A DNA stretch of 64,000 nucleotides from a bacterium (GCA_965219955.1 OZ244799.1:2656001-2720000), one strand, 5' to 3'; numbered from the stretch's first letter, positions 9,764-20,101 are shown. Made by a program: numbers and translations. The notes: generated by a model not told the origin, from the sequence alone.

Positions 9764-10837
9764 TCAGCGAACGCGCGCTCCGTCGGGTTCGAAGAGGTAG
9801 ACGCGCTCGGAGTCGAAAGTGACGTTCAACCGCTCGCCCGCCTTGAAGCGGCCGCTCGCCTCGATGACGGCGATGGTCGGGCGCTCGGCGCCGTGCTCGA
9901 AGTAGAGCAGCGTGTCCTTGCCGAGCGGCTCGACGAGCTGGACGTCGCACGAGAAGGCGGCTTCCTGGCTCCCCACCACCACGTGCTCGGGCCGTACGCC
10001 GAGGGTGTACTCCCCTGAAGATACGCCCGCGTAGGCGTCGGGGAGCTTGAACTCGATGCCGGCGCCTGAGAAGGCGGCGGCGCCGTTCGATCCCTCCACC
10101 GTTCCCGCGATGAGGTTCATGGAGGGGCTGCCGAAGAAATCGGCCACGAAGTAGCTGACCGGGTCGTTGTAGATTTCGAGCGGCGTGCCGACCTGCTCGA
10201 TAACACCGTCGCGCATCACCACGATGCGGTCGGCGAGCGTCATGGCCTCCTCCTGATCGTGGGTGACGTAGACGAAGGTTTTCTTGAGTTCCTCGTGGAG
10301 CCTGTCGATCTCGGCGCGCATCTCGCGGCGGAGCTTGGCGTCAAGGCTCGAGAGCGGCTCGTCCAGCAGGAAGGCGGCGGGGTCGGTGATGAGGGTGCGG
10401 GCCAGCGCGGCGCGCTGCGCCTCGCCGCCCGAGCATTCGACGGGCAGCTTGTGGAGGAGGTGCGTGATGCGCACCATGTCGGCCACCTCGCGCACTTTCT
10501 GTTTGCGCGTCTCGGGCGGCACCTTCTTCATGCGCGGGCCGAACTCGATGTTCTCGGCTATCGTCTTGTGCGGGAACAGGGCGTGCGTCTGGAAGACCAT
10601 GCCGACGCCGCGGTCGCCGGGGTCTACGTCGTTCACGAGGCGGCCGTCGATGGAAATTTCACCGGCCGTTGGCTCCTCGAAACCCGCGACCATGCGCAGC
10701 GTGGTCGTTTTCCCGCATCCCGAAGGGCCGACGATGACGACGAACTCGCCTTCCTCGATGGTGAAGTCGAGGTTCTTCACGGCCTCGATGTTCCTGCCGA
10801 ATACCTTGCGTAAACCCTTGAGTTCGATTCTCGCCAT
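9764..10837 (-). CDS. ABC transporter ATP-binding protein (MalK/UgpC family)
   Basis: Walker A GPSGCGKTT, LLDEPLSSLDAKLR, YVTHDQEEAM; C-terminal TOBE-like domain. Confidence 0.95.
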   Translation of the reverse strand: MARIELKGLRKVFGRNIEAVKNLDFTIEEGEFVVIVGPSGCGKTTTLRMVAGFEEPTAGEISIDGRLVNDVDPGDRGVGMVFQTHALFPHKTIAENIEFGPRMKKVPPETRKQKVREVADMVRITHLLHKLPVECSGGEAQRAALARTLITDPAAFLLDEPLSSLDAKLRREMRAEIDRLHEELKKTFVYVTHDQEEAMTLADRIVVMRDGVIEQVGTPLEIYNDPVSYFVADFFGSPSMNLIAGTVEGSNGAAAFSGAGIEFKLPDAYAGVSSGEYTLGVRPEHVVVGSQEAAFSCDVQLVEPLGKDTLLYFEHGAERPTIAVIEASGRFKAGERLNVTFDSERVYLFEPDGARVR

Positions 10838-10844
10838 TGTCCTT

Positions 10845-11747
10845 TTACCTCTTCACCATTCCGAAAGTGAAACCTCGCACCAGGTGTTTTCGAATAAAGA
10901 TGCCGATGATCATGAGCGGCAGGGTGATGCCCACCGCCAGAGCGGCCTGATGGCCGTAGACGCGGCCCTCGTCGGAGCCTTCGTATTTCGCCAACTGGAC
11001 GGGCAGCGTCACCACGTCCACCTTGGAGAGCATGAGTGAGAGCAGATATTCGCTCCACGTCAGGATGAGGATGAACAGGAACGTCGCCACGATGCCGGAG
11101 CGTATGAGCGGGAATATCACCTCGCGGATCGCCTGCCACTTGGTGGCGCCCAGAATCTCGGCGGCCTGTTCGATCTCGACGGGAACCTCGTCCACGAAGC
11201 TCTTCGTCATCCAGACGGAATACGGCAACGTGGTGATGAAATAGACGATAATCAGCCCCAGCGCCGTGTCCATCAAATGGATCGCTGAATAATAGAGCGT
11301 CAGCGGCGCCGCCACCACAATGGGCGGAATCATCCTGAGCACAAGGAGCTGGAACATCCGTATCTCCGACAGTATCCGGTATCGAGAAACCCCGTAGGCC
11401 AGAATCGCGCCGAAGGCGACCGAAAGCGCCGTGGCGGTGATGGCGATGTAGAGGCTGTTCCAGAGCGCCTGCCAGGGCTTGTTCGCCGAGTGCGACTCAT
11501 AGCGGGCCGTCTGCGATTTCTCCTCAAGGCTTGTTCGGGGACTCTGCTCCCTGCCCCAAACCGCCTGGTAGTTGACCCAGGAGGCCTCCTGCGACCAGTA
11601 GACCGGCGGCCAGGCGTGCCACTCCCAGTCGGGTTTGAACGAGGTGGAAACGATCCAGAAAATCGGGAACGCCACGATCAGCGACCATATCAGAAGCATG
11701 GCGTAGCGGAATATGGTGAACAGGCGCGCCTTCTGTACTCGGTTCAT
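10845..11747 (-). CDS. Carbohydrate ABC transporter permease (MalG-like)
   Basis: Multi-TM; EAA loop VPVEIEQAAEILGA. Confidence 0.93.
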   Translation of the reverse strand: MNRVQKARLFTIFRYAMLLIWSLIVAFPIFWIVSTSFKPDWEWHAWPPVYWSQEASWVNYQAVWGREQSPRTSLEEKSQTARYESHSANKPWQALWNSLYIAITATALSVAFGAILAYGVSRYRILSEIRMFQLLVLRMIPPIVVAAPLTLYYSAIHLMDTALGLIIVYFITTLPYSVWMTKSFVDEVPVEIEQAAEILGATKWQAIREVIFPLIRSGIVATFLFILILTWSEYLLSLMLSKVDVVTLPVQLAKYEGSDEGRVYGHQAALAVGITLPLMIIGIFIRKHLVRGFTFGMVKR

Positions 11748-12712
11748 GCCAGGCCTCCCGGTCGCGACGTTTCATGCAGGGCGTCGAGCGCCCGCTTCTC
11801 GCGGCGCAGCACGTAGATCGCCGTGAGAACGATGAAAATCATGATGACCATGACGACGTAGGACATCGCCGCGCCCTTCGATATGTCGAACGACACCCAG
11901 GTCGTGAAATAGAGATAGATGGGCAGCGTCTCAGTGGCGGTGCCCGGCCCTCCCTGGATGAGGCCCCACGTTTTGGGAAACTCCGCCATGGCCTCCAGGA
12001 AGCGCAAAATGAGCGCCAGGAATATGACGGGGCGCAGGAGCGGGAGCTGGATCTCGCGGAAAATCTGCAAGCGGCTCGCCCCCAGGATGCGGGCGGCCTC
12101 CACCGGCTCCGTCGGCAGCGAGGAAAGACCCGCCAGCATGATGATGAAGACGAAAGGCGTCCAGTTCCATATTTCGAGCAGGATAATCGTGAAGATGGCG
12201 AAATTGGGATTCGAGAGCCAGGTGAACTTCGAGAGGTCCCCCGGCAGGAAATAGCTCAGGAACCCGTTGATGGGCCCTTTTTCATACAAGAGCATGTCGG
12301 CGGTGTAGGCGATGACCACGGGCACCGTCAGCATGGGGAGGATGAAGAGAATGTAGAAGAACGCCTGTCCCCGGAAGGGCTTGTACATCAACAGCGCCAG
12401 CGCGAAGCCGGCAATGAAGCAACCCAGCGTCGAGAGGCCCGCGAACAGGAGCGAGCGCCCCATGGCATTCCAGAAACGCCCTTCGGTCAACACCTCCTGG
12501 AACAACTCCAGCCCCACGAACTCCGCGTCGAACCAGGTGGAGAGATAGACCGTCCATGAATGGAACGAAAAATATATCTGAAGGAGAAAAACCGGTATCA
12601 GGAACGCGAATAGGAGAATCAGCGGAGAGAGCACGCTCCATTTGAATATGCGCACGCCCCGGGCACGGGTGGAGCGTCTACCCTTGGGCTGCGCAATTGT
12701 GGCTGTCGCCAT
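11744..12712 (-). CDS. Carbohydrate ABC transporter permease (MalF-like)
   Basis: Multi-TM; IWNWTPFVFIIMLAGL, EAARILGAS. Confidence 0.93.
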   Translation of the reverse strand: MATATIAQPKGRRSTRARGVRIFKWSVLSPLILLFAFLIPVFLLQIYFSFHSWTVYLSTWFDAEFVGLELFQEVLTEGRFWNAMGRSLLFAGLSTLGCFIAGFALALLMYKPFRGQAFFYILFILPMLTVPVVIAYTADMLLYEKGPINGFLSYFLPGDLSKFTWLSNPNFAIFTIILLEIWNWTPFVFIIMLAGLSSLPTEPVEAARILGASRLQIFREIQLPLLRPVIFLALILRFLEAMAEFPKTWGLIQGGPGTATETLPIYLYFTTWVSFDISKGAAMSYVVMVIMIFIVLTAIYVLRREKRALDALHETSRPGGLA

Positions 12713-12785
12713 TCAAAAAGACTCCTGCGGTATCGAATGAATCGGAGCGTACGCCGGGAACCATTCGGAAGCGATAATCGCGTCG

Positions 12786-12824
12786 GCGGCCGGGGCGGGC
12801 GATTCCCCGCCGGCCCCGGCCGTC
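12786..12824 (-). other. GC-rich hairpin between the solute-binding and permease genes (possible mRNA stabiliser/attenuator)
   Basis: GGCGGCCGGGGCGGG...CCCGCCGGCCCCGGCCGTC inverted repeat; the role is inferred from position. Confidence 0.4.
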
Positions 12825-12876
12825 GAAACATGGAATCCCTCCCCGGAGCCTCGCCCCGGGGAGAGGAGTTTACGTT

Positions 12877-14325
12877 CTACGAAGGAACGTCCACCTTCGG
12901 CATCATGGCCTTGTAGAAGGGAATCTCCCTCTTGAGCTTGCGCTTGCCGACCTTGCGGATGATCTTGGCCCATTCGTTCTGAATGTCGCCCATGACCTTC
13001 TTGGCGCCCTTCTTGCGGCCCGCGTAGGCCTCGGAGAGGTTCCGGTCGACGACTTCCTTGAACTCCTGGTAGCCGGTCACATACGGCGGCGGGCATGTGA
13101 CGAGGAGGTTGTCCTCCACGGACTTGATTCCCGGCTTCGTGTAGACCTTCGTCACCTGCGGGTCGGTCATGTGCTTGGGATGCCAGGGGTCGTGGAAGGT
13201 GAACTTCGGATGGCCCACGACCTCTGCGCTGTTCTTGTAGGTACTCATGTACATGGCCCATGCGACGGCCTGCTTCTTGCGCGGGCTGTGCTTGTTGACA
13301 ACCATGGCCATCACGGGCGCGGAGAAGGCGCGGTGGATGAGCTTGCCGGAGAACTTCGAACCCGGAACGAGGCCGTAATGCCACATGCCCCTGGTCTTGG
13401 TCTTCGCCGTCGGGCTTTCGATGAGCGCGATAATCCCGTCCCAGTACTGGCAGGAGAAAATCTTGCCGTTGCGTATCCGCGGGATCATCTGCGGCGAACC
13501 CCAGGCGCTCGCCTCGGGGTGGGATACCTGCTTGCGGGCGAGCCAGGTGTCGAAGGCGTAATGCGCGGCAGGCGTGTTCAGCGTCGGGTTGGCGTCGTCG
13601 TCGAACGGGAAGCCGCCCGCGCTGTAGAGATACATCCAGTACCAGAAGCTGCTGTTCGCCTTGTCCCGCAGGCCGCCGAAGCCGTAGAGCTCCTTGTCGG
13701 GCCTGTGGAAGTGCTTCATGACTTCGAGTTCGTCTTCCCATGTGACCGGCCACTTCAAGGGCTTGCCGTGCTTGTCGGCGAAGGCCTTGCGCTCATCGGG
13801 ATTGTCGAACAGGTCCTTGCGGATGAACTGGGGGCAGACGTTTCCGTCCGTGGGCATCGCGTAGGTCTTGCCCTGATACTGCATGAAGGTCTCAAAGTTC
13901 CCCACCATCTTGAGGTCGAAGCCGGCGGACTTCATATAGCCGTCGAGAGGCTCGAGCATGCCCGCTGCAGCGAGGGAGGGAATCATCATGGACTCGACGT
14001 GAAAGATGTCGAACTTGCCCGAGCGCGTGATGGCCTCGGCCATGGCCCGCTGGGGAATCTGCAGGTTGGGAACGTCACTGACCTTGTCCATGGAGATGCC
14101 GGTGGCTTTGTTGAACTCGCGGTTGAGGTCGGGGTAGTTGCGCCAGTAGAGGCCCCACATCATTCCATTCAGCTTGGCGCCGCCCAGCTTCTTGCCGGCT
14201 TTGATGACGGCGTCCTCCTCGGGTCCGGCATGGGCCTTGCCGGCGCCGAGAACGGCGGGACCCGCAACAGCGGTGGCCAGACCGGCCTTGAGGAGGCTTC
14301 TTCTTTTGATCTGCTTCTCGCTCAT
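12877..14325 (-). CDS. ABC transporter extracellular solute-binding protein, Tat-exported
   Basis: Twin-arginine-like leader KRRSLLK...AHA; family-1 SBP features (YAMPTDG, RKDLFD, PVTWED); first gene of the ABC operon. Confidence 0.9.
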   Translation of the reverse strand: MSEKQIKRRSLLKAGLATAVAGPAVLGAGKAHAGPEEDAVIKAGKKLGGAKLNGMMWGLYWRNYPDLNREFNKATGISMDKVSDVPNLQIPQRAMAEAITRSGKFDIFHVESMMIPSLAAAGMLEPLDGYMKSAGFDLKMVGNFETFMQYQGKTYAMPTDGNVCPQFIRKDLFDNPDERKAFADKHGKPLKWPVTWEDELEVMKHFHRPDKELYGFGGLRDKANSSFWYWMYLYSAGGFPFDDDANPTLNTPAAHYAFDTWLARKQVSHPEASAWGSPQMIPRIRNGKIFSCQYWDGIIALIESPTAKTKTRGMWHYGLVPGSKFSGKLIHRAFSAPVMAMVVNKHSPRKKQAVAWAMYMSTYKNSAEVVGHPKFTFHDPWHPKHMTDPQVTKVYTKPGIKSVEDNLLVTCPPPYVTGYQEFKEVVDRNLSEAYAGRKKGAKKVMGDIQNEWAKIIRKVGKRKLKREIPFYKAMMPKVDVPS

Positions 14326-14471
14326 CTGGGTGTTCCTCCTTCATTCTTGGGGTGGCCGGGAGGCGAAAAATCTGCATTGAGCGCCCATCGCAGGATGAGA
14401 CGCTCGCCGCTGGATGGATAAACCCGCCCCACGGCCCGTATATGCAACTCATAATGCCTTTGTAACAGCGC

Positions 14472-14499
14472 ATTTTAGGGAAGCGAAGATTTTTGTCAA
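14472..14499 (-). promoter_or_regulatory. Sigma70-type promoter of the ABC operon
   Basis: Minus strand TTGACA-N16-TAAAAT, ~150 bp upstream of the SBP start. Confidence 0.65.
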
Positions 14500-14541
14500 C
14501 AAGCGAAGCGAGGCCATCGGCAAATGTGAAAGCACCGCGAA

Positions 14542-14890
14542 GGGGGCTGCCGAAAAAGTTCCTTTTTCAGGGGGTAGAGGGGACGCTCCTCTCGCCCTGA
14601 AAACCACCCCCCCCCTACCCCCCCTTGTCAGGGGTCAAAACCGACCGAAGAGGGAGGTTTTGCAAGACGATGTGTTTCTCGTCAATGGCTCATGCAAACG
14701 CTCGTTCATCACTCGCGTTTGACCCCTGGCAAGGGGGGGTAGGGGGGGGTGCCTTTATCCCCTGAGGAGGGGGACTTTTTGGGCAACCCCGACGAGGGGG
14801 GGTTGCTCCTTTGACAAAGGCTTCTTCAACAGCCCGCGCAAGGGGGGTAAAAGCGATGCTTCCCATCGAGGGGTTGTTCAGCAGCCGCGG
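14542..14890. repeat. Composite palindromic repeat cluster
   Basis: CCCCCCTACCCCCCTTGTCAGGGG ... CCCCTGGCAAGGGGGGGTAGGGGGG inverted pair inside degenerate TIRs; segments homologous to 34130-34280. Confidence 0.8.
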
Positions 14891-14896
14891 ACGGCG

Positions 14897-14941
14897 AAAA
14901 AAACCGCCCTCCCCGGCGCGGTTCCGGAGCCGGAGAGGGCG
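14897..14941 (-). terminator. Rho-independent terminator after the usp gene
   Basis: CGCCCTCCCCGGC...GCCGGAGAGGGCG stem preceded by A7 on the plus strand (U-tract on minus). Confidence 0.55.
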
Positions 14942-14959
14942 ATGCGGTGCGGCTGGAAT

Positions 14960-15472
14960 CTAGCTCTCGACCGATTCCGCTTCCATTTCCTCCAGCTTTT
15001 TCAGGGCCACCTTGTCCCTCAGCAGGAACACCGGGCAGGGCGCGCGCCGGAGAACCTGCTCGGAGACGCTGCCGATCAGGAAGCGGCTCACCATGTTGTG
15101 GCCGTGCGTTCCCATGACGAGGAGGTCGAAATCCCCCGTGTCGGCGAACTGGACGATCTCCCTCACCGGTTCGCCGAAGACGACGAGGGTCTCGATGGGC
15201 ACGGCCGATTCGATTTGTTTCGTCATCACGTCGAGGTTGCTCTCCAGCTCGATGCGCGTATCCTCGAGCAGCCGGCTCGGAGAGATGGTGCCCACGAGTT
15301 CCGCGCCGTAGCCGCCGTATTTGGCCGCGTAGTCGGGGTTCCTGGCCACGTGGATGGCCATGACTTCCGCGTTGCGGTTCTCCCCGATCTCCGCCGCGAC
15401 CTTCAGGACGCCACGGCTGAGTTCCGAGAAATCCACGGCTGCCAGAACTTTCTTTGGGTCATATATTCGCAT
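14960..15472 (-). CDS. Universal stress protein
   Basis: KVLAAVDFSELS, DLLVMGTHG, IGSVSEQVLRRAPCPV. Confidence 0.93.
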   Translation of the reverse strand: MRIYDPKKVLAAVDFSELSRGVLKVAAEIGENRNAEVMAIHVARNPDYAAKYGGYGAELVGTISPSRLLEDTRIELESNLDVMTKQIESAVPIETLVVFGEPVREIVQFADTGDFDLLVMGTHGHNMVSRFLIGSVSEQVLRRAPCPVFLLRDKVALKKLEEMEAESVES

Positions 15473-15766
15473 GGCTTTTCCCTCCGATATGAATGAAATA
15501 CTATGCGCCCGTCCGTGCGCCAAGCAAAAAGCGGAGCCTCCGGAGGCCCCGCTTTCAGGATGGTTCCTGTTCTTCCGCCTTCGCTTCGCGCGATGACCTT
15601 CCGGATGCCTTGCGCCGGCTATCTTTTGACATCCCCCGAGAGGCCGGCGCGCTGCTTCAGGGGACTAGACTTCATCACTCCATCAACCCCCTATGGTCTG
15701 TTTCAAATATAGGCCCTCATGCGCCATCTTTCAAGGAGATTCTGCGCGCAGGCGGCCCCGCATCCC

Positions 15767-16750
15767 TCAATCGATCTCCACCACCACGTTCCCGACGTTC
15801 GCGAAATTCTCCATGATCTCGTGCGCGGCGGCGGTATCCTCCAGGGAAAAGCGCGCGCCGATGTGGTGGGTGAGCGCCCCCGCCCCGCACGCGGCGTTGA
15901 TGTCGGCGCAGGCCTGGGCGATGGCGGAATCCGGCATGGTGTAGACAAACACCATGCGGATGGCCGTGTTCTCGGGCATCATCTGGTACCAGGGCAGCGC
16001 CGGCTCGGGAACGCGCGTGGAGCCGTAGGCCGCGACGGTCCCGTTCCCCTTGAGCACCTTGCGGGTGACGTCGAGGTTCTCGCCGAAATCCACCTCGCAG
16101 ATCCTGTCCACGCCCGCCCCGTTTGTGATCTCCATGATGCGTGCAGCGGCGTCCTCATCGCGGTAGTTCACGACGTGGTCCGCGCCCGCATCGCGCGCGA
16201 TCCGCGCCTTCTCCTCGTTGCTCACGGTGGCGATGACGTCGGCGCCGCCCCATTTGGCGAGCTGTACGCCGTAGCGCCCCACCGCGCCCGCCCCGCCGGT
16301 GACGAGTGCGGTCTGCCCGATGATCGGCCCGTCGAGAAAAAGCGCCCTGTGGGCGGTCATCGCCGGGATCGCCAGACACGCGCCCTGGGCGAAATCCACC
16401 GAATCCGCCAGCGGCACCGCCTGCCGCTCGGGCACGACGATGAATTCGGCCGCCGTGCCGTAGGGCCTTTGCCACTGTCCGTTGAATATCCAGACGCGCT
16501 CGCCCACGCGGGCCGCGTCCACCCCCTCGCCCGCGCTCTCGATGACGCCCGCGCCGTCGGAGTGCGGGATGACTCTCGGCCAGCCCATCTCGCCGCGCGA
16601 ACCCAGGCGCGCCTTGTAGTCCGAAGGATTCGCGCCCGAGGCGTGGAGGCGCACGCGCACCTCGCCCGCACCGGGCTCGGGGGTTTCGAGTTCACCGAAT
16701 TTCAGCACCTCTTTCGCCGGGCCATACGCTTCATACCAGACGGCTCGCAT
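15767..16750 (-). CDS. NADPH:quinone reductase (zeta-crystallin/MDR family)
   Basis: GEVRVRLHASGANPSD, IPHSDGAG, VTGGAGAVG. Confidence 0.92.
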   Translation of the reverse strand: MRAVWYEAYGPAKEVLKFGELETPEPGAGEVRVRLHASGANPSDYKARLGSRGEMGWPRVIPHSDGAGVIESAGEGVDAARVGERVWIFNGQWQRPYGTAAEFIVVPERQAVPLADSVDFAQGACLAIPAMTAHRALFLDGPIIGQTALVTGGAGAVGRYGVQLAKWGGADVIATVSNEEKARIARDAGADHVVNYRDEDAAARIMEITNGAGVDRICEVDFGENLDVTRKVLKGNGTVAAYGSTRVPEPALPWYQMMPENTAIRMVFVYTMPDSAIAQACADINAACGAGALTHHIGARFSLEDTAAAHEIMENFANVGNVVVEID

Positions 16751-16844
16751 AATCTCTCCTTCATATGATCAGTATGGATTGCCTGACAGGGTAAAGAACG
16801 GAAAACGCCTCCCGCCCATGAAAGCGCAAAACCTTGCGCCGGTC

Positions 16845-17963
16845 TTACGCCGCGGTTCGCTCGCGCTCTATCAGTTCCTTGATTCGGGGGATGAGGTCGC
16901 GCGCGGCGCGGTGGCATTCCTCCACGTGGGGGTAGCCCGAGAGGATGAACTCGTCGATGCCCAGCCGCCAGTAGCCGAGAAGCTCTTCTGCGATTTGCCC
17001 GGGCGTTCCCACGAGCGCCGAGCCGCAGTTCACCCGCACCTGGGAGATGCCGTTCCAAAGATGCGGCCCGACCCGGAAATCCTCGAACGCGCGCGCCTGC
17101 GCGGCGGCGCCCACCATGGCCGTTCCGGCCACCAGCGCGCCGCGCTGCGCTTTTACGGAATCATCCGCGCGGCTGAGCAGTTCATGCGTCTCCTCCCACG
17201 CTTCCTCCTCGGTGTCGCGCATCACCAGATGGGAGCGCACGCCGAAGACGGGCGTTCGCCCCGCCTCGGCGAAAGAGGCCCGCGCGCGCTCCAGGTGTTT
17301 TCTGGTCTCCTCCACCGGCCCTATCCAGCCGAGATAGACGTCCGACTGGGTGCCCGCGAGCTTGAGCGCGGCGGGGGATGCGCCGCCTAAATAGAATTTG
17401 GGCGCCTCTCCCGCCGGGCCGGGCGAGCAGTGCACGTCGCTCAGCTTCACGAATTTCCCGTCGAAGCTGACGGGTTCGGGCCGCTCCCATAGCTTTCGGA
17501 TGGCGGCGATGAACTCTTCCGCCCGCTCGTAGCGCGTATCGTGGTCGATCCGCTCGCCCATTTTTTCGAACTCGCCCTTGATGCCGCCGGGCACGACGTT
17601 CAAGTCCACGCGCCCGCCCGTTATCTGGCTGAGCGTGGCCGCCATCTGCGCGAAAAGGCCCGGGTTCACGAAGCCGGGGCGCACGGCGATGAGGAAGCGT
17701 ATCTTCTCGCTTCGCGCCGCGAGGGCCGTCACCATCGTCCAGGTCTCCGCCAGCGGCGCCCCCTGGTCGAAAAGCCCGTTGGCGAAGCGCGTGGGGATGA
17801 GCATGGAGTAGAAACCGTTCTCCTCCGCCGCCTTCACCACTTGGCTCAGGTATTCATACGTGGGCGGACGCTCGGCCTGCAGCGTGCCGATGTGCTCGCC
17901 GTCGCCGTCTATCGGGATGAACCAGTCGAAGCGAGGCGCCGGGCGTTCGTGATTGTTGGCCAT
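16845..17963 (-). CDS. LLM-class flavin-dependent oxidoreductase (SsuD-like)
   Basis: FDWFIPIDGD, KAAEENGF, FLIAVRPG, YLGGASPAA, GIDEFILSGYPH. Confidence 0.88.
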   Translation of the reverse strand: MANNHERPAPRFDWFIPIDGDGEHIGTLQAERPPTYEYLSQVVKAAEENGFYSMLIPTRFANGLFDQGAPLAETWTMVTALAARSEKIRFLIAVRPGFVNPGLFAQMAATLSQITGGRVDLNVVPGGIKGEFEKMGERIDHDTRYERAEEFIAAIRKLWERPEPVSFDGKFVKLSDVHCSPGPAGEAPKFYLGGASPAALKLAGTQSDVYLGWIGPVEETRKHLERARASFAEAGRTPVFGVRSHLVMRDTEEEAWEETHELLSRADDSVKAQRGALVAGTAMVGAAAQARAFEDFRVGPHLWNGISQVRVNCGSALVGTPGQIAEELLGYWRLGIDEFILSGYPHVEECHRAARDLIPRIKELIERERTAA

Positions 17964-18084
17964 GCGGAATACTCCCCTGCGTTTTCAGTGTTTAGTTCCG
18001 GCGATTCTATTACAGAAGCAGGGGGCTTGAAAGGCGGGGGCGCTCCGCGATTCCAGTCGCTTCCGGACCCGCAATTACTTCACA

Positions 18085-18192
18085 CAGCAGGGGCGGTTCG
18101 CGAACTGTGTGACAGCCCCGAGGAGGGGCTGTCACTACGGCGAATGCTGTTTTGTTCGTCATTCCGAGCGAGGAGGCTTTTTCAACAGCCCC
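18085..18192. repeat. Degenerate REP/TIR cluster
   Basis: GCAGGGGCGGTTCGCGAAC (also ~31553), GTGACAGCCCC...GGGGCTGTCAC hairpin, TTTTTCAACAGCCCC TIR end. Confidence 0.65.
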
Positions 18193-18242
18193 TGCCAAAG
18201 GGGGATACCCACAAAGAATGGAGAACGAGGAACAGGCTGCTT

Positions 18243-18271
18243 TTGACTTCCCGGTCCAAAATCGCTAGGCT
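18243..18271 (+). promoter_or_regulatory. Putative sigma70 promoter of the coiled-coil gene
   Basis: TTGACT-N17-TAGGCT, 50 bp upstream of ATG 18322. Confidence 0.45.
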
Positions 18272-18321
18272 CTGTGTGGAGGACCCGTACGCTTTCTCAC
18301 TCACCGGAGGCGGGCGGAACC

Positions 18322-18936
18322 ATGCAAAAACTCTTCGATCATTTCAAAACCAACGCCGGCGTATGGACGTTCGGGCTGTTCATGGCCGCGATAGCGGGCG
18401 GCATCTATCAATTCACGGTATTCATGGTCAGCGCCCAGGTCACGCCCGTCAGCGAGCGCGTCGCCGCGGAAGTCAAGAGGCTCGACGCGGCGGACGGGAA
18501 CACGAACGGCAACTTCGCCCGCTTCGAGAAGCAGATGAACGAGCATTTCGGCCAATTGCGTGAAGCTATCGGGCAGAACAGAGAAAGAATAGACCTGCTG
18601 AATGAGCAAATCGACACGAAAACAAGTCAGTTGAACCAGACGGTCGACACGAAAATTACCCGGTTGAGCCAGAAGATCGACACGAAAATAAGCCAGTTGA
18701 ACCAGAAGTTCGATAGCAAGATAACGATGCTGGATCGGAAACTAGATAAGAAAATAGAAGTACTGGACCAGAAAATCGAGAAGAAATTCGGCCAGTTGGA
18801 TCAGAAAATCAGCCGTCTGGACGAGAAGATGGACAAGAAATTCGACCTTATGGATGCGAAAATCGACAAGAAATTCGACCTTATGGACGAGAAGTTCAAC
18901 CTCATCCTGCTGAGGCTACCGCCGCTTAAAAAATAG
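18322..18936 (+). CDS. Membrane-anchored coiled-coil protein with 11-residue repeats
   Basis: GGAGG SD; one N-terminal TM; repeats such as KISQLNQKFDS and KFDLMDAKIDK. Confidence 0.7.
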   Translation: MQKLFDHFKTNAGVWTFGLFMAAIAGGIYQFTVFMVSAQVTPVSERVAAEVKRLDAADGNTNGNFARFEKQMNEHFGQLREAIGQNRERIDLLNEQIDTKTSQLNQTVDTKITRLSQKIDTKISQLNQKFDSKITMLDRKLDKKIEVLDQKIEKKFGQLDQKISRLDEKMDKKFDLMDAKIDKKFDLMDEKFNLILLRLPPLKK

Positions 18937-18989
18937 TTTTCAGATATCGGTCTATGAGCGCTCACGCTCGAATACCCGCCGCATAACCC

Positions 18990-19601
18990 TCAGGCCAGCG
19001 TTTCGCCGAGAGCCGCCAGTTCATCGAGCGCATCCCTGGCGAAGGAACTCTGGAAGACGGCCTCTGCGGAAGCCCCCGGATAGACGGCGCACAGCGCGCC
19101 CTCCTCGCAGAGCAGGATGGTGGTGAGAGGACGCAGGACCATCGCGCCTACGGTTTCGTGCACGTCGGGCCGGTTGCTCCACCGGCGGAACGAGGCTTCG
19201 CAGTCTGCCGCAAGTGCGAGTTCCGAGTCCCAGAGCGGATCGCCCGAATAGAAGTTCTGAAGATTCGGGCCGGCGATTTCATTCTCAAGATATGCGCGCT
19301 CGGGCGGCTGGAGGCTTTCCGTTTTCTTGTGGATTCTGAACGAATGAGAAGCCGCGCAGGCGACGCCGATCCGCATCGCGGCGGGGTTGCCGCGGGTTTG
19401 CGCGCGATACTCGAACCTCACGCTTTTGCCCGAATACCGGCCCGTCAACCGCCCGCCTTCGAGACGGGCCGTGCCCGCATCCAGAATTTCTGCCAGCGGC
19501 TTCATGCGGCGAGTCAGCCGCACGTCGCGAAAGAAGACGTAATAGACGACCGCGCCGAGAACCACCGCCAGGGCGAGGAGGCTCGGCCCGTCGATCAGCA
19601 T
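18990..19601 (-). CDS. Hypothetical protein with N-terminal membrane anchor
   Basis: Hydrophobic N-terminus; overlaps the stop of the upstream VOC gene. Confidence 0.6.
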   Translation of the reverse strand: MLIDGPSLLALAVVLGAVVYYVFFRDVRLTRRMKPLAEILDAGTARLEGGRLTGRYSGKSVRFEYRAQTRGNPAAMRIGVACAASHSFRIHKKTESLQPPERAYLENEIAGPNLQNFYSGDPLWDSELALAADCEASFRRWSNRPDVHETVGAMVLRPLTTILLCEEGALCAVYPGASAEAVFQSSFARDALDELAALGETLA

Positions 19602-20101
19602 TCATCCTCCCGCGCATCCCGCCAGGCGGGCCGGCTACCGGGGAACATGTCCGAATCGTGAAACACCTCGATGCGGTTGCCGTCGGGGTCCAGAAAGTAG
19701 ATGCCCTCGTGCCCGCCCCAGAGGCCGTTGCTCGCATCGAGCCGCAAGGGGCCCCATACGACCTCGATGTCGGGGCGCGAGCGGATGTAGGCCACCGCGT
19801 CGTCGAACGCCCCTTGATCCGCCACCTCGAACGCCAGGTGGTGCAGGCCTACGTCGCGGCGCGGCACGGTGTCCTCTCCCTCCTCATCCACCCAGTCCTC
19901 GGGCACGCTGAAAATCGCCAGTTGGTGGTGGTAGTCGTCCAGGTACAGGAACGCCGAGCCGAACGGAGCCGCCGGGTGGCTGCCCGCCTCGTGGCGCGAG
20001 CGCAGCTTGAAGCCCAGGACTTCGGAGTAGAATTTGATGGCGCGGTCCAGATCGCGCACCTTTATCCCTAAGTGCTGCAGGCGGATGGAGCGAATCATCA
20101 A
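19595..20101 (-). CDS. VOC family protein (glyoxalase / extradiol dioxygenase-like)
   Basis: LQHLGIKVRDLDRAIKFYSEVLG, GLHHLAFEV, IYFLDPDGNRIEV. Confidence 0.9.
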   Translation of the reverse strand: MMIRSIRLQHLGIKVRDLDRAIKFYSEVLGFKLRSRHEAGSHPAAPFGSAFLYLDDYHHQLAIFSVPEDWVDEEGEDTVPRRDVGLHHLAFEVADQGAFDDAVAYIRSRPDIEVVWGPLRLDASNGLWGGHEGIYFLDPDGNRIEVFHDSDMFPGSRPAWRDAREDEC

